Shown: positions 26,364 through 39,510, counted from the first letter of the whole stretch. The stretch is 63,842 bases of DNA, filler included, from Collodictyon triciliatum (GCA_043381765.1; 23 parts of 23 records of this genome joined end to end with filler, not necessarily neighbours in it); one strand, 5' to 3'. Notes: a model not told the origin generated them from the letters alone. Numbers and translations are program-made.

Positions 26364-26800
26364 ACAAATTAAATATAACAATAGTTAAGACGAAGATGGT
26401 AAAACAAAAGAACCTTTCGCAGAGCTTGCAACGCATGTTCGTGCTTCGAAAAGTCGACGAAACCATATCCCAACGATTTGGCACCGCTTGCTTCATCCTT
26501 CGGCTTCATTATTATAGCCTAGATAATGTGCACGAAATATGACCAACTATCAAAAAAATGTGGCTCTGTCGCTATACGTACTTTGTTTTGAATACCTGTT
26601 TGATGATTGGGCTATCCTTTAGCACAGAACCCGTGGCTGCCTCTCTGAATAAATCCCGAAGTTGTTTCTTCTCCATCTTAAAAAAGCATTAGCGACACAC
26701 AATTATTAGTTTGCTAGTTACTTTCCTCTCGACAACACAGACGTTCGATAGATGACATTGACAAGAACCTTCTTTGGTAGGTTGTGCACGGAAAGACGAG
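25990..26800 (-). CDS. RBM28: RBM28/Nop4 C-terminal RRM, multi-exon fragment
   Basis: Exons TRLSVHNLPKK, EKKQLRDLF, SLGYGFVDFSKHEHALQALRK, LNNNPNILPHGRRLIVEFA and VEDSRK follow RBM28 RRM4 in order. Confidence 0.85.
26270..26361. repeat. (TAA)n intronic microsatellite
   Basis: Perfect trinucleotide array; produces the spurious poly-N and poly-I ORFs. Confidence 0.95.
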
Positions 26801-28152
26801 TCTTTGAAACAAAATAGTTTGTGTTTTTCAATTTCCTGTACTTTTGATCCTTCATCTATGAATATGTAACTTTCTTTTAGCACTTAGCTAATGCAACGAA
26901 AAAATGAATAAATTGATAGATAATGCACCACTTAAAACTTAATTTTTCTTCTTTTTATGTATTGCATAATTTAGCTCAGGGTATTTGAATANNNNNNNNN
27001 NNNNNNNNNNNNNNNNNNNNNNNNNNNNNNNNNNNNNNNNNNNNNNNNNNNNNNNNNNNNNNNNNNNNNNNNNNNNNNNNNNNNNNNNNNNNNNNNNNNN
27101 NNNNNNNNNNNNNNNNNNNNNNNNNNNNNNNNNNNNNNNNNNNNNNNNNNNNNNNNNNNNNNNNNNNNNNNNNNNNNNNNNNNNNNNNNNNNNNNNNNNN
27201 NNNNNNNNNNNNNNNNNNNNNNNNNNNNNNNNNNNNNNNNNNNNNNNNNNNNNNNNNNNNNNNNNNNNNNNNNNNNNNNNNNNNNNNNNNNNNNNNNNNN
27301 NNNNNNNNNNNNNNNNNNNNNNNNNNNNNNNNNNNNNNNNNNNNNNNNNNNNNNNNNNNNNNNNNNNNNNNNNNNNNNNNNNNNNNNNNNNNNNNNNNNN
27401 NNNNNNNNNNNNNNNNNNNNNNNNNNNNNNNNNNNNNNNNNNNNNNNNNNNNNNNNNNNNNNNNNNNNNNNNNNNNNNNNNNNNNNNNNNNNNNNNNNNN
27501 NNNNNNNNNNNNNNNNNNNNNNNNNNNNNNNNNNNNNNNNNNNNNNNNNNNNNNNNNNNNNNNNNNNNNNNNNNNNNNNNNNNNNNNNNNNNNNNNNNNN
27601 NNNNNNNNNNNNNNNNNNNNNNNNNNNNNNNNNNNNNNNNNNNNNNNNNNNNNNNNNNNNNNNAAAAAAGAAAATATGAAAATACAGAGACTTTGCAATG
27701 TTAACAAACTTCCTCAGCTTGGATGCAAACATCATGTATGGCATTCAACGCCGAACGGCCTATCTCTTCAAATACCTTCTTCTGCTCTTCGTTGCTATAT
27801 GGCTTTTACAAATGTCAAAAGATTGATCAAAGAAGCGCTTTATTTATTAATTCATTCTATTTTATGAAAGGCGACATGAGAAATAGAGAAACTGCGCTGC
27901 CGGACAGTATATGACTGCTCGTGTAGAATTGAGTATGATAGTATGAAAGCGAATCGTACCGATTTTGTTGATTCAGGCCGGTAGTAACGCGATAGAGGCT
28001 GATCAACCTTGCGGAGGATGACTTCCAGCGAAGCCATCGGGCACCTTTAACCACAGAGTTTTGAACAGTTAGTGCGGTTGAAACACAGTTCACTGCATAT
28101 AATTCCTTTGATCGCTACTCTAGCAAAAAAACAAAAAACAAAAAAAACAAAA

Positions 28153-28184
<32 letters not shown>

Positions 28185-28239
28185 ACAAAAACAAAAAAAA
28201 AAAAAAAAAAAAAAACAAAAACAAAAAAAAAAAAAAAAA

Positions 28240-28281
<42 letters not shown>

Positions 28282-29329
28282 NNNNNNNNNNNNNNNNNNN
28301 NNNNNNNNNNNNNNNNNNNNNNNNNTTAATTAATTAANNNNNNNNNNNNNNNNNNNNNNNNNNNNNNNNNNNNNNNNNNNNTTTTTCCGATGATATGAAG
28401 AGATGGTCTAAGGAACGATTTGTGGGGTGTGGGGATGAGTTGTTGTGTGAGAAAAAGTAAGTCTCTTAGTTGTCCAAAATTCATAAAAATAATAATAAAT
28501 CATTTCAGTATATTCAATGTGTTAAATTGAACGACGGAGCAGGTATGTTGTCACAAAACTATATTTTATATATTTGTATGAATCGCAATTTTCATGTAGT
28601 ATTATACGATTTGTATTTTATTCAAAGAAATCAATATGTCAATGAAGCAAAAAACAAATGCAGCTGTGTTTGTTCAGTGCAATTATATTTTCCTTTTTAT
28701 AACCAATCAAAGCCTGATAAAATACCAGCGATGTCCATGCCTGCAGACTTCAGAACTTATCATTTCTATTCTATTAAAAAAAAACGTGTGTGAAATATTA
28801 ATTTTAATTTTGCAATTACTCTAATTCGCCAGCTGTGTCTATTTATTATGAAACGGATAGGAGTCCTTGTCGAGCTGATAGTCACGTTTACCACAAAAGG
28901 AGTATCTTATTCTATGCATATTCCATTATTTTATTATCCTTATTAATCAAGAACAACTATCTTCTGGAAACATCCTTGCCTGAGTTCGCTGCCTGTGATA
29001 CCACCACCCCTCCCCCAACTCGGCTGAAAATGTGTACTTGACAACAGCTCACCCTCGCCCACATAAATCGTTGCCTCGCTCCGGCTGCCTTTTTGTTGAT
29101 GTGTGGTAAGGAGCATGAAGTGTTTTATCCAAATGAATATAAATGCATGTGTGAGATGTCTACTGAAGCTCATGTAACTGATTTATTTATAATCCTTTTC
29201 TTTTTCTTTTTCTTCTTGGAATAACGGCACGGAGATCGAAAGCGCTGGCTTGAAGCAAACACACAACCGAACACAAGAACGGAGCCCTCCGCTCGACCAA
29301 AGGTTCCCAGCCACAGCTAATCGCCCACA

Positions 29330-29420
29330 AAGAGCGCCCGGAAGCAGAACCTGTACGGAACCGGCTGCTACGTCCGCCTTCGAGGTAAGCACAAAATGCC
29401 CAGAACTACCACGCCCACAT
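29330..29420 (+). repeat. Dispersed repeat copy 1 (unknown element)
   Basis: GCAGAA.CTG.ACG.A.CCGGCTGCTAC..CCGCCTTCGAGGT.AGCACAA shared with 33720-33810. Confidence 0.75.
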
Positions 29421-30937
29421 ACAGGTAAAGAAAGAATAAGCCCAGTCCTGAAAGATTTTGAGAGCTGTAAAGATAAGAGTACGGACCAGCTATTCGATCA
29501 ACCTCAATCATACACAGCATCCTTTCCCAAAAGAAAAATAAATTGCAGAGACGAGAGTAAAATAATACTTAACTACTTTTTTTTTCCGTGCCCATAACGA
29601 GAGAGGCCAGCTCTTTGCTACCCATTATCTGCCGCATTCCTCTGGGCTTCATCAAGGGCGACATTGAAGGTACGTGAAAAACAACAATTCATCTTCACAG
29701 TATTCTTCAATGGTTAAAACGTGTTTTTGATGAATGAAGCGCTGGATAACAATCCAACATCAGAACTACCCAAAGTATAAAAAAAAAATTCTATGTTACG
29801 TTTCCCTTCTATTTCGTACTCTGTCAAAGAACGCAAGGAAAAAGCCAAAAGAAAATATCATGGTTAACACCGCCACAAACACTAACAGAACGAGCTGTCA
29901 AGTATAGAAAGACAATGTCGACCCTTTTAAACCCAACCACCCGGAGCTATGGATGAATAAGCATCGCTCAAGCAAGAGCAACCTTCACAAGGGCTTTCCA
30001 AAAAGAGCGGACGGATTCTTGGAGACGCGCCTCACACTAAAACAGTCTGGGCAAGCAATTCAAGGTGCAATATTATGAAGTCAAAATTATTTTCATTTTC
30101 ATGCAAAATGAAAGTTTACTTTTTCATTCGAATAGTATTTAGTATACAAGGATAATTCCTAACGAAGCAAGCTTATCTTTCATGATTTGTCAGTTACTGC
30201 AAGGCACATTTGGAAAAAACGCTTCCGTTGAATGAAGGCAAGCACCTAAAACCTGCAAAACTTAAGCGATGGTGGTTTGGTTTTTTTTTTTATCCCACAT
30301 AAAATCTTCACGATGAAAATCTCAGGCTATAATTAACGGAGAGTAGTCCACGAGTATCGGTATTACAATTTTATTTTGTTTGTGAATTTTTCATCTTGTG
30401 GGAACATACTAACCATCACATATAGTTTGGAACATTTGCACAATTTCGATTAGATTCAAAGGAATTATATTAAATCGACCTGGAAGAATATCAATCTATC
30501 ATGCAGACTTGCATACATCACATTTGTTGTATTATACGAAATATTTAGCATTTGAGAATGTTTAGTGGCTGTATGATGCATAAGCAAATCACATCCATAT
30601 TATTTACAAAAAAAAAAGGCAATTAAAAAAGCATATAATTCATCTCATATTGAGATATATTTGTATTCACGAACAGTTTATTTCATAAATAAGAAATATA
30701 AAAATATAAAGAGTTGTAATATTGAGCTTTAAGCTTTAATACAATATAATCTTATTAGCCTATTGAACCTATCTAAAATACATTCAAAATATGAATCGAT
30801 AACTCAAAGAATTTCCATTCATGAAAAAGTAGGATAGCTTGTTTTATATTAGAGTTGATTGATAATTGGCACATATTACAAGCCATGAATACGATGTTTT
30901 TATGCAACACACACGAAGGAATAGGAAGATTCAAAAC

Positions 30938-31117
30938 ATGTCTGCAACCGAAACAAGCACCGAGGCCAACGCCAGCCTTGTCACCATTGACGAAGTCTGT
31001 ACAAATACATGCATTATCTTAAGAAATTTTTTATTTATTGGTCAGGATTGATAACTTAATTTGGCAACTGAGCACAGGCTGTCCTCGAATGGGTGAACCA
31101 CCATCTGGGAAAAATCG
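30938..31117 (+). CDS. 5' end of a possible calponin-homology domain protein
   Basis: MSATETSTEANASLVTIDE, GT..CAG intron, then AVLEWVNHHLGK, which resembles the first CH helix. Confidence 0.4.
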
Positions 31118-31382
31118 NNNNNNNNNNNNNNNNNNNNNNNNNNNNNNNNNNNNNNNNNNNNTTAATTAATTAANNNNNNNNNNNNNNNNNNNNNNNNNNN
31201 NNNNNNNNNNNNNNNNNAAACAAAAAACAAAAAACAAAAAACAAAAAACAAAAAACAAAAAACAAAAAACAAAAAACAAAAAACAAAAAACAAAAAACAA
31301 AAAACAAAAAACAAAAAACGACCCACCACCTCTTAAACAAGAGAAGATTAGCATCATAATTAACTTTTGACTTCAAATAGAT

Positions 31383-32899
31383 ATGGATTTCTCATATTTC
31401 CCTTCAAGCCACGCGGATAGCAACGTCGATGTACCCTGGGTGATTCTGCAGTGGACGCTCATTTACAGCACTGCCACAGTCTTCTTTCATTTCCTGTCTA
31501 GTGTGTTGAGCACAGAATACCGCAAATTATCCACAGATGACCGCATCAACTGGTGTAACCGCTGTGTCTCGGGCCTAAACGGACTCTATGTTTGCCCGCT
31601 GCTTTTCCAAGAAATGTGGGCACAACAGGACCATCTTCTGGCCGACCCGCTCTATGCGCGCATAGACGGTGTATTTTACTACGGTGCCATATGCTGCGGT
31701 TACCTTGTATATGATACACTATATACAATCATTTTTTGGAGGCAGGTTTGTCCTCTGCTTTTGCTTTATGCTTCGAACTACTTTTTTTCATGCGATGTTT
31801 TATTTTTTTAATTAATAGTTATGATATGCCTTCACAATTCTTTGCATGAGAGGTTTTGTAGCCTCGGAAACTGAATTTTAAACAACAGAAGAAGAGAGTT
31901 GTGAAAAAAATAAATGATAAAAAAAATTCAGTCAATTAGCAATTTTCCTCACATATTTGTATGCATTACTGATTTTGGTGTTATTGTTAACATTATTCTG
32001 TGAAATCGTACATGCACTGTAGGTTGGGGACAAATTAACACTCATCCATCACTTTGTATCTCTTTCGTGCATGTATATTGGAGTTATTCTCGGGCTTTTG
32101 CACCTATTTGGGGGAATCTTGACTGTATTTATGGAAGCCACAAACCCCTTTTTGCACTTGAGTTGGATAATGATCAAAACTAAGCAAGATGAGGTATCCA
32201 TATACCACATTATTTCTACGAAAGCTTGCGAATCAACCACCAAATCTAATACGATATCAATCATTTTTTTCACTTTGACCTAGTTGTCCAATTATTGAAG
32301 TAGTAGTTGCTTTACATGTTAACTAGAATGAAACTATGGGTCGAATGTAATCTAAAATATCATGACAGACATTCTTGGGCATCCTCAACTCTTTGGTATT
32401 CGCAATCCTTTTCTTCTTCTTCCGTGTCGTCATCGCATCTGCCTTCGGAATTAAACTATTAAGGATGGTTTATCAAAAGTGAGTGTCTGCAAAAATTCAT
32501 ATGAGTTGTAGAATCTGTTATATTTATTTGAGAAGACCGTCAAAACAAATATGAGCCATCTACACATTTCTTAAGGATGAACAATTTTTAAATATGGTTC
32601 TTCATGGTGCTATTTTTTTTCTTGCTGCACTCGCTCTTATACCAATAACCTAATACAGTCAACAATACAAATGGAAAAACGGATGAAAAAACTGCAAAAG
32701 TGGATAATATAAGGAACTAATATATTTCATATCAAACAGGTATGAATCAGGCACAGATTCTATCCATCCTCTCGTCCTTTGCGCAACCGTTTTGTACGTT
32801 GGATTGTGCGTTATGAGTTATTACTGGTTCAGCTTAATCCTCAGAAAAGTGATAAGGAAACTAAAGGGAGAACAGCCAAAAAAGACAAAATCTCAGTAG
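31383..32899 (+). CDS. TLC-domain (TRAM/LAG1/CLN8; TMEM56-like) membrane protein, multi-exon
   Basis: WCNRCVS, GYLVYD, LIHH, EATNPFLHLSW, FFFFRV and YWFSLI motifs across GT-AG exons; TAG at 32897-32899. Confidence 0.88.
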
Positions 32900-33719
32900 A
32901 AAGTTTAAGGGTTACCTACTTTCTTAGTAACCTTAGTTGTCTGCCAAAAATAAAGTCTTTTCTCAATGGTGTGGTGTGTTTCTCTTTTTTTCCCTCGCAA
33001 ATCTGAAGCAAAGGCGAACCTTGTTGGGTGATGGCAGGCTCACGCCCAGCAGGCATATGCCCCAAATCTGGAATATAAGATAAAACCCGACTCGTATATA
33101 CGGTACATATTTTCCTGATAGCACCGACGAATCCAATGCTAGTACCGCACCTCTCGCCCCACAGCGAAGCACGGATATGGAGGACGCTAAAATCCAGGAT
33201 CGGGAAAGAATCGTACTTTCTATATCTGGAATATCTGACCATTCTGGCTGGTGCTGCTTGTTCGCCTGTTTTTCCAATGGACGTTTTCACTTGCGGTGCC
33301 TCGTGTGTCTTGTGGTCTTGTATGTCAAATTTCCTAAATCGGCCCTCCCTTTTTTTCCCTCGAATCCTTCGCGTCGGCCGCCCTGTTTTGGCGTGTCTCG
33401 GTGGGGACGGGTTGTGTTTCGCACGACAATCAGTGGCAGGGTACGCGGGTGTGGGCGTGGGCGGTCATGGATAATCGAGCAGGGCGCTTCAATGTCCTCA
33501 CGAGCAGAAGCAGTCGGATCCGGAACTACGCTTTGGAATGGGGTTTACTCAGTAACGATATTTCTGAGTTGTAAGGTTCCGGTCGAAACGTTCAGCCCTG
33601 ACGAGCGCTTATTTGGCCGTAGCACGAATCTCATTTCCTTGGACGGATCACCACGACCAAGTCGGACGCACGAGAATCGAACGCATCGCTCTATCAGGGC
33701 TCTTCTGCCGCACTGACCA

Positions 33720-33810
33720 AAGGGAACCCAGGAGCAGAATCTGCACGAACCCGGCTGCTACACCCGCCTTCGAGGTTAGCACAAGCTGTCCCCAGAATTA
33801 CCATACCCGC
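33720..33810 (+). repeat. Dispersed repeat copy 2, within a GC-rich block (33000-33925) ending in an A-run
   Basis: Homologous to 29330-29420. Confidence 0.75.
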
Positions 33811-34283
33811 AATCAACCAAAGAAAGAACTCACCCAAGTCATAAATAAACTCAAGGGTGACGAGGAAAACGTCATTATCCAACTCTGCGTTCAACCTAAG
33901 GATACACGGTAGCTCTTCCACACCAAAAAAAAAAAAAAAAAAAAAAAANNNNNNNNNNNNNNNNNNNNNNNNNNNNNNNNNNNNNNNNNNNNTTAATTAA
34001 TTAANNNNNNNNNNNNNNNNNNNNNNNNNNNNNNNNNNNNNNNNNNNNAAAAAGAATAAAAAAGAATAAAAAAGAATAAAAAAGAATAAAAAAGAATAAA
34101 AAAGAATAAAAAAGAATAAAAAAGAATAAAAAGAATAAAAAAGAATAAAAAAGAATAAAAAAGAATAAAAAAGAATAAAAAAGAATAAAAAAGAATAAAA
34201 AAGAATAAAAAAAGAATAAAGTGAATAAAAGAAGTAATAAAAAGAAGAAATGTAAATTGGGCAATTTTATCAGGATATACATG

Positions 34284-34748
34284 ACTTCGGGGCTTCACAA
34301 AGAGCATATGCTTTGAACTGAAACTTGCTGATCTGACGACCTCTGTCGAGTGCTACATAAAATACAAGGCCGTCATGATGTATGGGCAGATATTAATTGA
34401 ATCTTTGATCACAATAACTTCACAATATCAACATCGTATTTGCACAAATGTAAAGCGGCGTGAATAGATGAAAAAAAAAAAAAAGAAAAGAAGACTATAA
34501 TCTTATATATACCAGGGAAGTCTTCATCAGGCGTTCCATCATCATCAACCATTCTTAGTGTATACAAGTTCGGATCAGACTGCATCGGTGGTTGCAGCTT
34601 CTGTGCTGCATAATGCTTCATCGAAACGATAATGACCTGGGCAACAGTGCTTGTCTCAGCTACCCGGATTGTAAGCTTCTTGCCTTTAGCCCACGCTACG
34701 TACACAACCAAGTCCAGGACACGGACAGACGGATCATTGGGCTGAAGA
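34284..34748 (-). CDS. SIN1: SIN1/Avo1/RIP3 (TORC2 subunit) CRIM-domain fragment
   Basis: STVAQVI..YTLRMVDDDGTPDEDFP, intron, then ALDRGRQISKFQFKAYAL, matching the CRIM consensus. Confidence 0.8.
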
Positions 34749-35359
34749 GAGATGCGACGCAGAGAGATACGCGTGATTTAGAAATCAAACAGGAAATGTA
34801 TATGAAAGAGAAGAAATCAGAAAAATCAGGAAAAATCAGAAAAAATCAAATGAATAATAGCAAAAAAAATCAGAAAAATCAGAAAAGAGATCAAATGAAT
34901 AACAGCAAAAAAGCAAACAAACAAAAACAAACAAAAACAAACAAAAAACAAACAAAAAACAAACAAAAAAACAAACAAAAAACAAACAAAAAACAAACAA
35001 AAAACAAACAAAAAACAAACAANNNNNNNNNNAACAAAAAACAAACAAAAAACAAACAAAAAACAAACAAAAAACAAACAAAAAACAAAACACCTTGCAG
35101 ACTTAAAAGCAAAGAAAACAAACAACCAAAAATAACCAAAAATAGCCAAAAATAACCAAAAATAACCAAAAATAACCAAAAATAACCAAAAATAACCAAA
35201 AATAACCAAAAATAACCAAAAAACAAACTCAAGTTCTCTGAAGCAAACCATATGAAGGCTGTACAAAATCATGCACTCATCCCTAATGTTTGTGTCTAAA
35301 GACACTCTAATTTAATGAAGTGTAATCCCTTAATAACGCCACAACATAAAAAAGGCCAA

Positions 35360-35842
35360 GGTTGGATTGGAGGCCAGCATGTATTGTCCCCAGTGGTTCA
35401 TCACAGCATACACACACAATTTTCCTTTTGATTTGGTAAGTATTTGGACGCCCCCACAATATGTGACAGCATACTTACAGCTTATTCACATGTACACAAA
35501 GGTGGTGAGAATCTGGGATGTTTTTCTTTTTGAGGGAAATGCGATTCTATTCCAAATCGCCATCGCGTTAATGAAGTCAATTCAAGGTCAATATATATAT
35601 TTTTAAAAAAAAGGTAAAAAAAGAAAAGAAAATAAGACAGAAACGGTATTAACCCATTGAAAATATTACTATTTTTTACATCGACAGATGACTTAGTGTC
35701 TTTGAACTTTGAGAAATGCATGATTTATCTCAAAGATATACCGAAGAAGTACTTAGACCCAGAGTTCATTCTCCCCGTAGCCTACGACCTCCATATAACC
35801 CCCGAAGTTATTATAGAGCTGGAAGCCCAAACCAGAAAATAA
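35360..35842 (+). CDS. TBC-domain Rab-GAP, last three exons
   Basis: MYCPQWFITAY..FPFDL, VVRIWDVFLFEG..LFQIAIALM, LNFEKCMIYLK; TAA at 35840. Confidence 0.9.
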
Positions 35843-36539
35843 TCTAATTAAATCTCACAAGAATATTGGGTTAACAGCACCACCGTATACTTATTAACCC
35901 ACCGTTCGTGGAAGCCCCGAATTTCGGAGAGATTGGGATACTCTCTTTTAAATGATACAAGGTCTAAAATGTCGATTCTCTAAAGACGAAGGAGACCTGC
36001 CTTTATAATTGTCCCCTAGATAATTTTTTTTTTTACAAATACGCTACAATAAACAGTTGGCTTTATGTATGTATGTATGTATGTATGTATGTATGTATGT
36101 ATGTATGTATGTATGTATGTATGTATGTATGTATGTATGTATGTATGTATGTATGTATGTATGTATGAGGACAACAGAAAATGCGTATTCAGTCCAGCGG
36201 TGCGAACGAGATTGTGCCCCTGCATAAAATCCAGATTTGTAAGAAACAAGCGAATGATACTGTCCTGCAGGTTTCCTTCCTTCCAACAAGCCGGCCGTGA
36301 CGTTTCCATGTGTCCCTTGTCACGCAATTAAATAGCCAGAACACATGGTTTTTAGTGTGCCTTCACAGATCTTTTCAGTTGCGTAGACGAGCCGAACAAA
36401 CCAGGGACACAGCTGTGATGCGCGTTCTGGATATGACACCATAAATCCTTGAATTCCTCAGCCTTAGGGCAGATATGCAACGTGTTGTATTTTTTCTTCT
36501 TCTACTGGTGTGCTCTTTCATGTCACATAGCGCTCATGA

Positions 36540-36612
<73 letters not shown>

Positions 36613-36705
36613 ATCGCGTTTCTCAATTTTTCCACCCGCTCCTTTCACTGCTTTCTTAAACCTACTTCTTCGGCTATTTTTTTTCTTCTTTCAGCAACCA
36701 ACGCA

Positions 36706-36769
36706 ATGGGGAATAAGCAAGGAAGTCTGAGCCGAGAGGAAGTTGAACGCCTACAAGAAGCAACACACT
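36706..36769 (+). CDS. First exon of a neuronal-calcium-sensor or calcineurin-B-like EF-hand protein
   Basis: MGNKQGSLSREEVERLQEATH followed by a GT donor; myristoylation-type N-terminus typical of frequenin/CnB. Confidence 0.6.
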
Positions 36770-37271
36770 GTAACCCCTGATACAATTCAAATCAAAAGGA
36801 AAAAAAAAAGAAAAAANNNNNNNNNNNNNNNNNNNNNNNNNNNNNNNNNNNNNNNNNNNNTTAATTAATTAANNNNNNNNNNNNNNNNNNNNNNNNNNNN
36901 NNNNNNNNNNNNNNNNAAAACAAAAAAACAAAAAAACAAAAAAACAAAAAAACAAAAAAACAAAAAAACAAAAAAACAAAAAAACAAAAAAAACAAAAAA
37001 CGAAACCCCTACTCCCCTCCCAAAAAAACATATCAGGAAGTACCAAAATTAATATAGACATGAATCGTTATTTGTCGTCGAGATATTTTTTCCTCACTCA
37101 ATATAATATAATATTTATAATTTAAAATTCAACAAATAGTAAAGCAGGATATCTTCTGGGACAGGTAATATGTGATCCATTCTATGTTATCTTATAACCA
37201 GATGTTGAATACTATCACGATACACCCCTTTTCCATCCAGACACTGAATACAATAGATAGTCATACTGGTT

Positions 37272-37299
37272 CTTTGAATCAAATAAAGGGAAAAAACGC
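37272..37299 (+). mobile_element. Ultra-short insertion of the LINE-A 3' terminus
   Basis: CTTTGAATCAAATAAAGGGAAAAAA flanked by the 13-nt direct repeat AGTCATACTGGTT (37259-37271 and 37300-37312). Confidence 0.85.
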
Positions 37300-37339
37300 A
37301 GTCATACTGGTTTCCTCTTTATTTAGGTTAAAGCCCAGG

Positions 37340-39253
37340 ATGGCATTAAAGCGTGTCTTCGTTATGACACCGCTGGCAATCACACTCTTTCTTGTCGTAT
37401 ATATCATGTCCATGACAAACAACTATAACCCGCAGCCGGGATTACTTGCACCCGTGATTGATGAAAAAAACGATTCTATCGACACTCTCAATACAGGAAA
37501 GATTATACAGGTAAAATCCAGCGATAAAGGAAAAAACGAGCAACGCAACAGGAACATCTTTCTCAAGGCGACAAACCCTGTGGCACATAAGACTGTTTTT
37601 CACTCAAGAATTACTCCATCCAAAATCGGTGGAAATCACTCTATATATGCATCCAAAGAGCAATATCAGGTAACCAAAAGACTGATGAAGACCAAGAGGC
37701 AAAAGGAAAAGGTCAAAATAAAAGGTGGTAATGCAAAAACTAGGCGAAGAAAGATGTCAATATCTGAAATTCAGCATTGGTCAAAGGCAAAGTTTCAGCG
37801 GGTCTGGAGCTATAACCAACTAGATTCTTGTGTAGACCACTGTTCCCAACACAAGTTTATTCATTTTAACCTCTCGAATATCACGACATGTTCTAACAAG
37901 CTAAGGTGTTTCTACGAGAAAGTCCCATCGCATGATGGGATTTTGGTAAAGCAACACCATGCAAAGTCCCCGGTGTGTAAGTCTGATTTGGAAGCTCTTT
38001 GTCCAAGAACACTTTCTGGTGGCTGTAACTCATATACATGGATCATTCGGCGGATTACACTGGGAACCAAAAAGACTGGGTTGCGGAGATTCTCCTTGGA
38101 TTTGACTATGAAGGATGGCCATCCATTCCGTATTCACTCGATCATGGAGTCTGGTGCGCCCGGCTACTTGTTGGTGATTTCGTTTTATCTTCCAAATATC
38201 TTGTTTAAAGACAAATGCAATCGGCTCTACTGTATTTTTCTTGATGACAAGCTTAATAACTACGAAGTGCGGTCTTCTTTGGTGGGCGATGCAAGTTTCA
38301 CATACTGTCAATTGCCCTCCTTCCCAATCTCAAATCATACAAAACTGCAGCTCGCTTACCGCCCTGGAATCATGTCTCTTCCTTACCCCGTAGTTATTGA
38401 GTCCCCTGCTACAAACCTTCCATACATCAATATGACGATTTGTGTGATGGTTCGAAAAGAGGCAGAAAATATGGTTGAATGGATTGAGTTTCATCGTATG
38501 ATGGGATACGAGCGCTTTATTATCTACGACAATAACCCATACGACCAACCAGACGAGTTTATGGAGAAACTATTGGTGCTCTATCCACCAGATATAGTGC
38601 TGCGGCGTCATTGGAAGTCCCTTCATTCACAAACCGAAGCGTATACTGATTGTATCAATCGATACGGGAGAGCGACTCTCTGGATGACTTTGATTGATGT
38701 GGATGAATTCATTGTGCCGCATCCCTCTTACCCTTCTGTTGGGTATGTTTTAGAGAATCTTTTGAAAGGCAATTCCAACATTCATGTTACATGGCTAACT
38801 TTTGGACCTTGCGGAGATGAAAGAAGAAAAGAAGAGGAACTCATGATGGATGTTTGCAAGCGTACCACACGGCCATCGTCAGATTACCCAAAGTCTATAT
38901 TCCAAGCGAATATGGCTGCAGGAATGCAAAACTATGGTCCTCATTTTATTCGGATGAAGAAAGACTTGGGCCGTCGAATCATGAGCCAGTATTCTGCAAC
39001 AAACTACCTGCGCAACTATCACTTCCGATACAGAACATTCCCCGAGTTTATGGAGCGAAGGATGGGACCGCGAGCTGGACGAGCACTCACTCTGACAGTG
39101 GACGACTTGAAGGCGGAATGGAAGGAAGGGATAAAGTTTAGCCGGACACTTGCAGAGCAGGACAACTGGATTTTCAGGTTTAAAGAGGAGCTCCGACAAA
39201 GGACGAAAGGCGTTTTTCAACGAATCCGCATGATGGATGAAAAACCAAACTGA
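37340..39253 (+). CDS. Glycosyltransferase family 92 (DUF23)-like type II membrane protein, intronless
   Basis: N-terminal TM helix after MALKR; ICVMVRKEAENMVEWIEFHRMMGYERFIIYDN, Q.EAYTDC, DxD motif IDVDEF and PKSIF; start reassigned to ATG 37340. Confidence 0.85.
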   Translation: MALKRVFVMTPLAITLFLVVYIMSMTNNYNPQPGLLAPVIDEKNDSIDTLNTGKIIQVKSSDKGKNEQRNRNIFLKATNPVAHKTVFHSRITPSKIGGNHSIYASKEQYQVTKRLMKTKRQKEKVKIKGGNAKTRRRKMSISEIQHWSKAKFQRVWSYNQLDSCVDHCSQHKFIHFNLSNITTCSNKLRCFYEKVPSHDGILVKQHHAKSPVCKSDLEALCPRTLSGGCNSYTWIIRRITLGTKKTGLRRFSLDLTMKDGHPFRIHSIMESGAPGYLLVISFYLPNILFKDKCNRLYCIFLDDKLNNYEVRSSLVGDASFTYCQLPSFPISNHTKLQLAYRPGIMSLPYPVVIESPATNLPYINMTICVMVRKEAENMVEWIEFHRMMGYERFIIYDNNPYDQPDEFMEKLLVLYPPDIVLRRHWKSLHSQTEAYTDCINRYGRATLWMTLIDVDEFIVPHPSYPSVGYVLENLLKGNSNIHVTWLTFGPCGDERRKEEELMMDVCKRTTRPSSDYPKSIFQANMAAGMQNYGPHFIRMKKDLGRRIMSQYSATNYLRNYHFRYRTFPEFMERRMGPRAGRALTLTVDDLKAEWKEGIKFSRTLAEQDNWIFRFKEELRQRTKGVFQRIRMMDEKPN

Positions 39254-39261
39254 GGCACCTC

Positions 39262-39299
39262 ACATCATAATTATCATCAACATCATCATCATCCTTACT

Positions 39300-39376
<77 letters not shown>

Positions 39377-39510
39377 TATCCTTACTTCCATCACCATCCT
39401 TACTTCTATCATCATTTTTGTTTCTATCACCATTCCTATTTCTATCACCATTCTTGTTTCTATCACCATTCTTGTTTCTATCATCATTCCTATTTCTATC
39501 ACCATTTTTG
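39262..39510. repeat. (CAT)n microsatellite and a derived 18-nt minisatellite
   Basis: CAT array followed by units like TTTCTATCACCATTCTTG. Confidence 0.9.

Noticed and set aside
27720-28070. Possible kinesin exon (EQKKVFEEIG)
   Set aside because: No P-loop or switch motif visible; too little evidence
31340-31354. AGAGAAGATTAGCAT, matching the U6 snRNA core
   Set aside because: Only 15 nt; the flanks lack the U6 5' stem and internal stem-loop, and it sits just upstream of a coding start
33993-35305. Many F/L/V/K-rich ORFs in the ORF track (also near 8494, 42521, 50666, 53834)
   Set aside because: Translations of microsatellites and N-gaps, not genes
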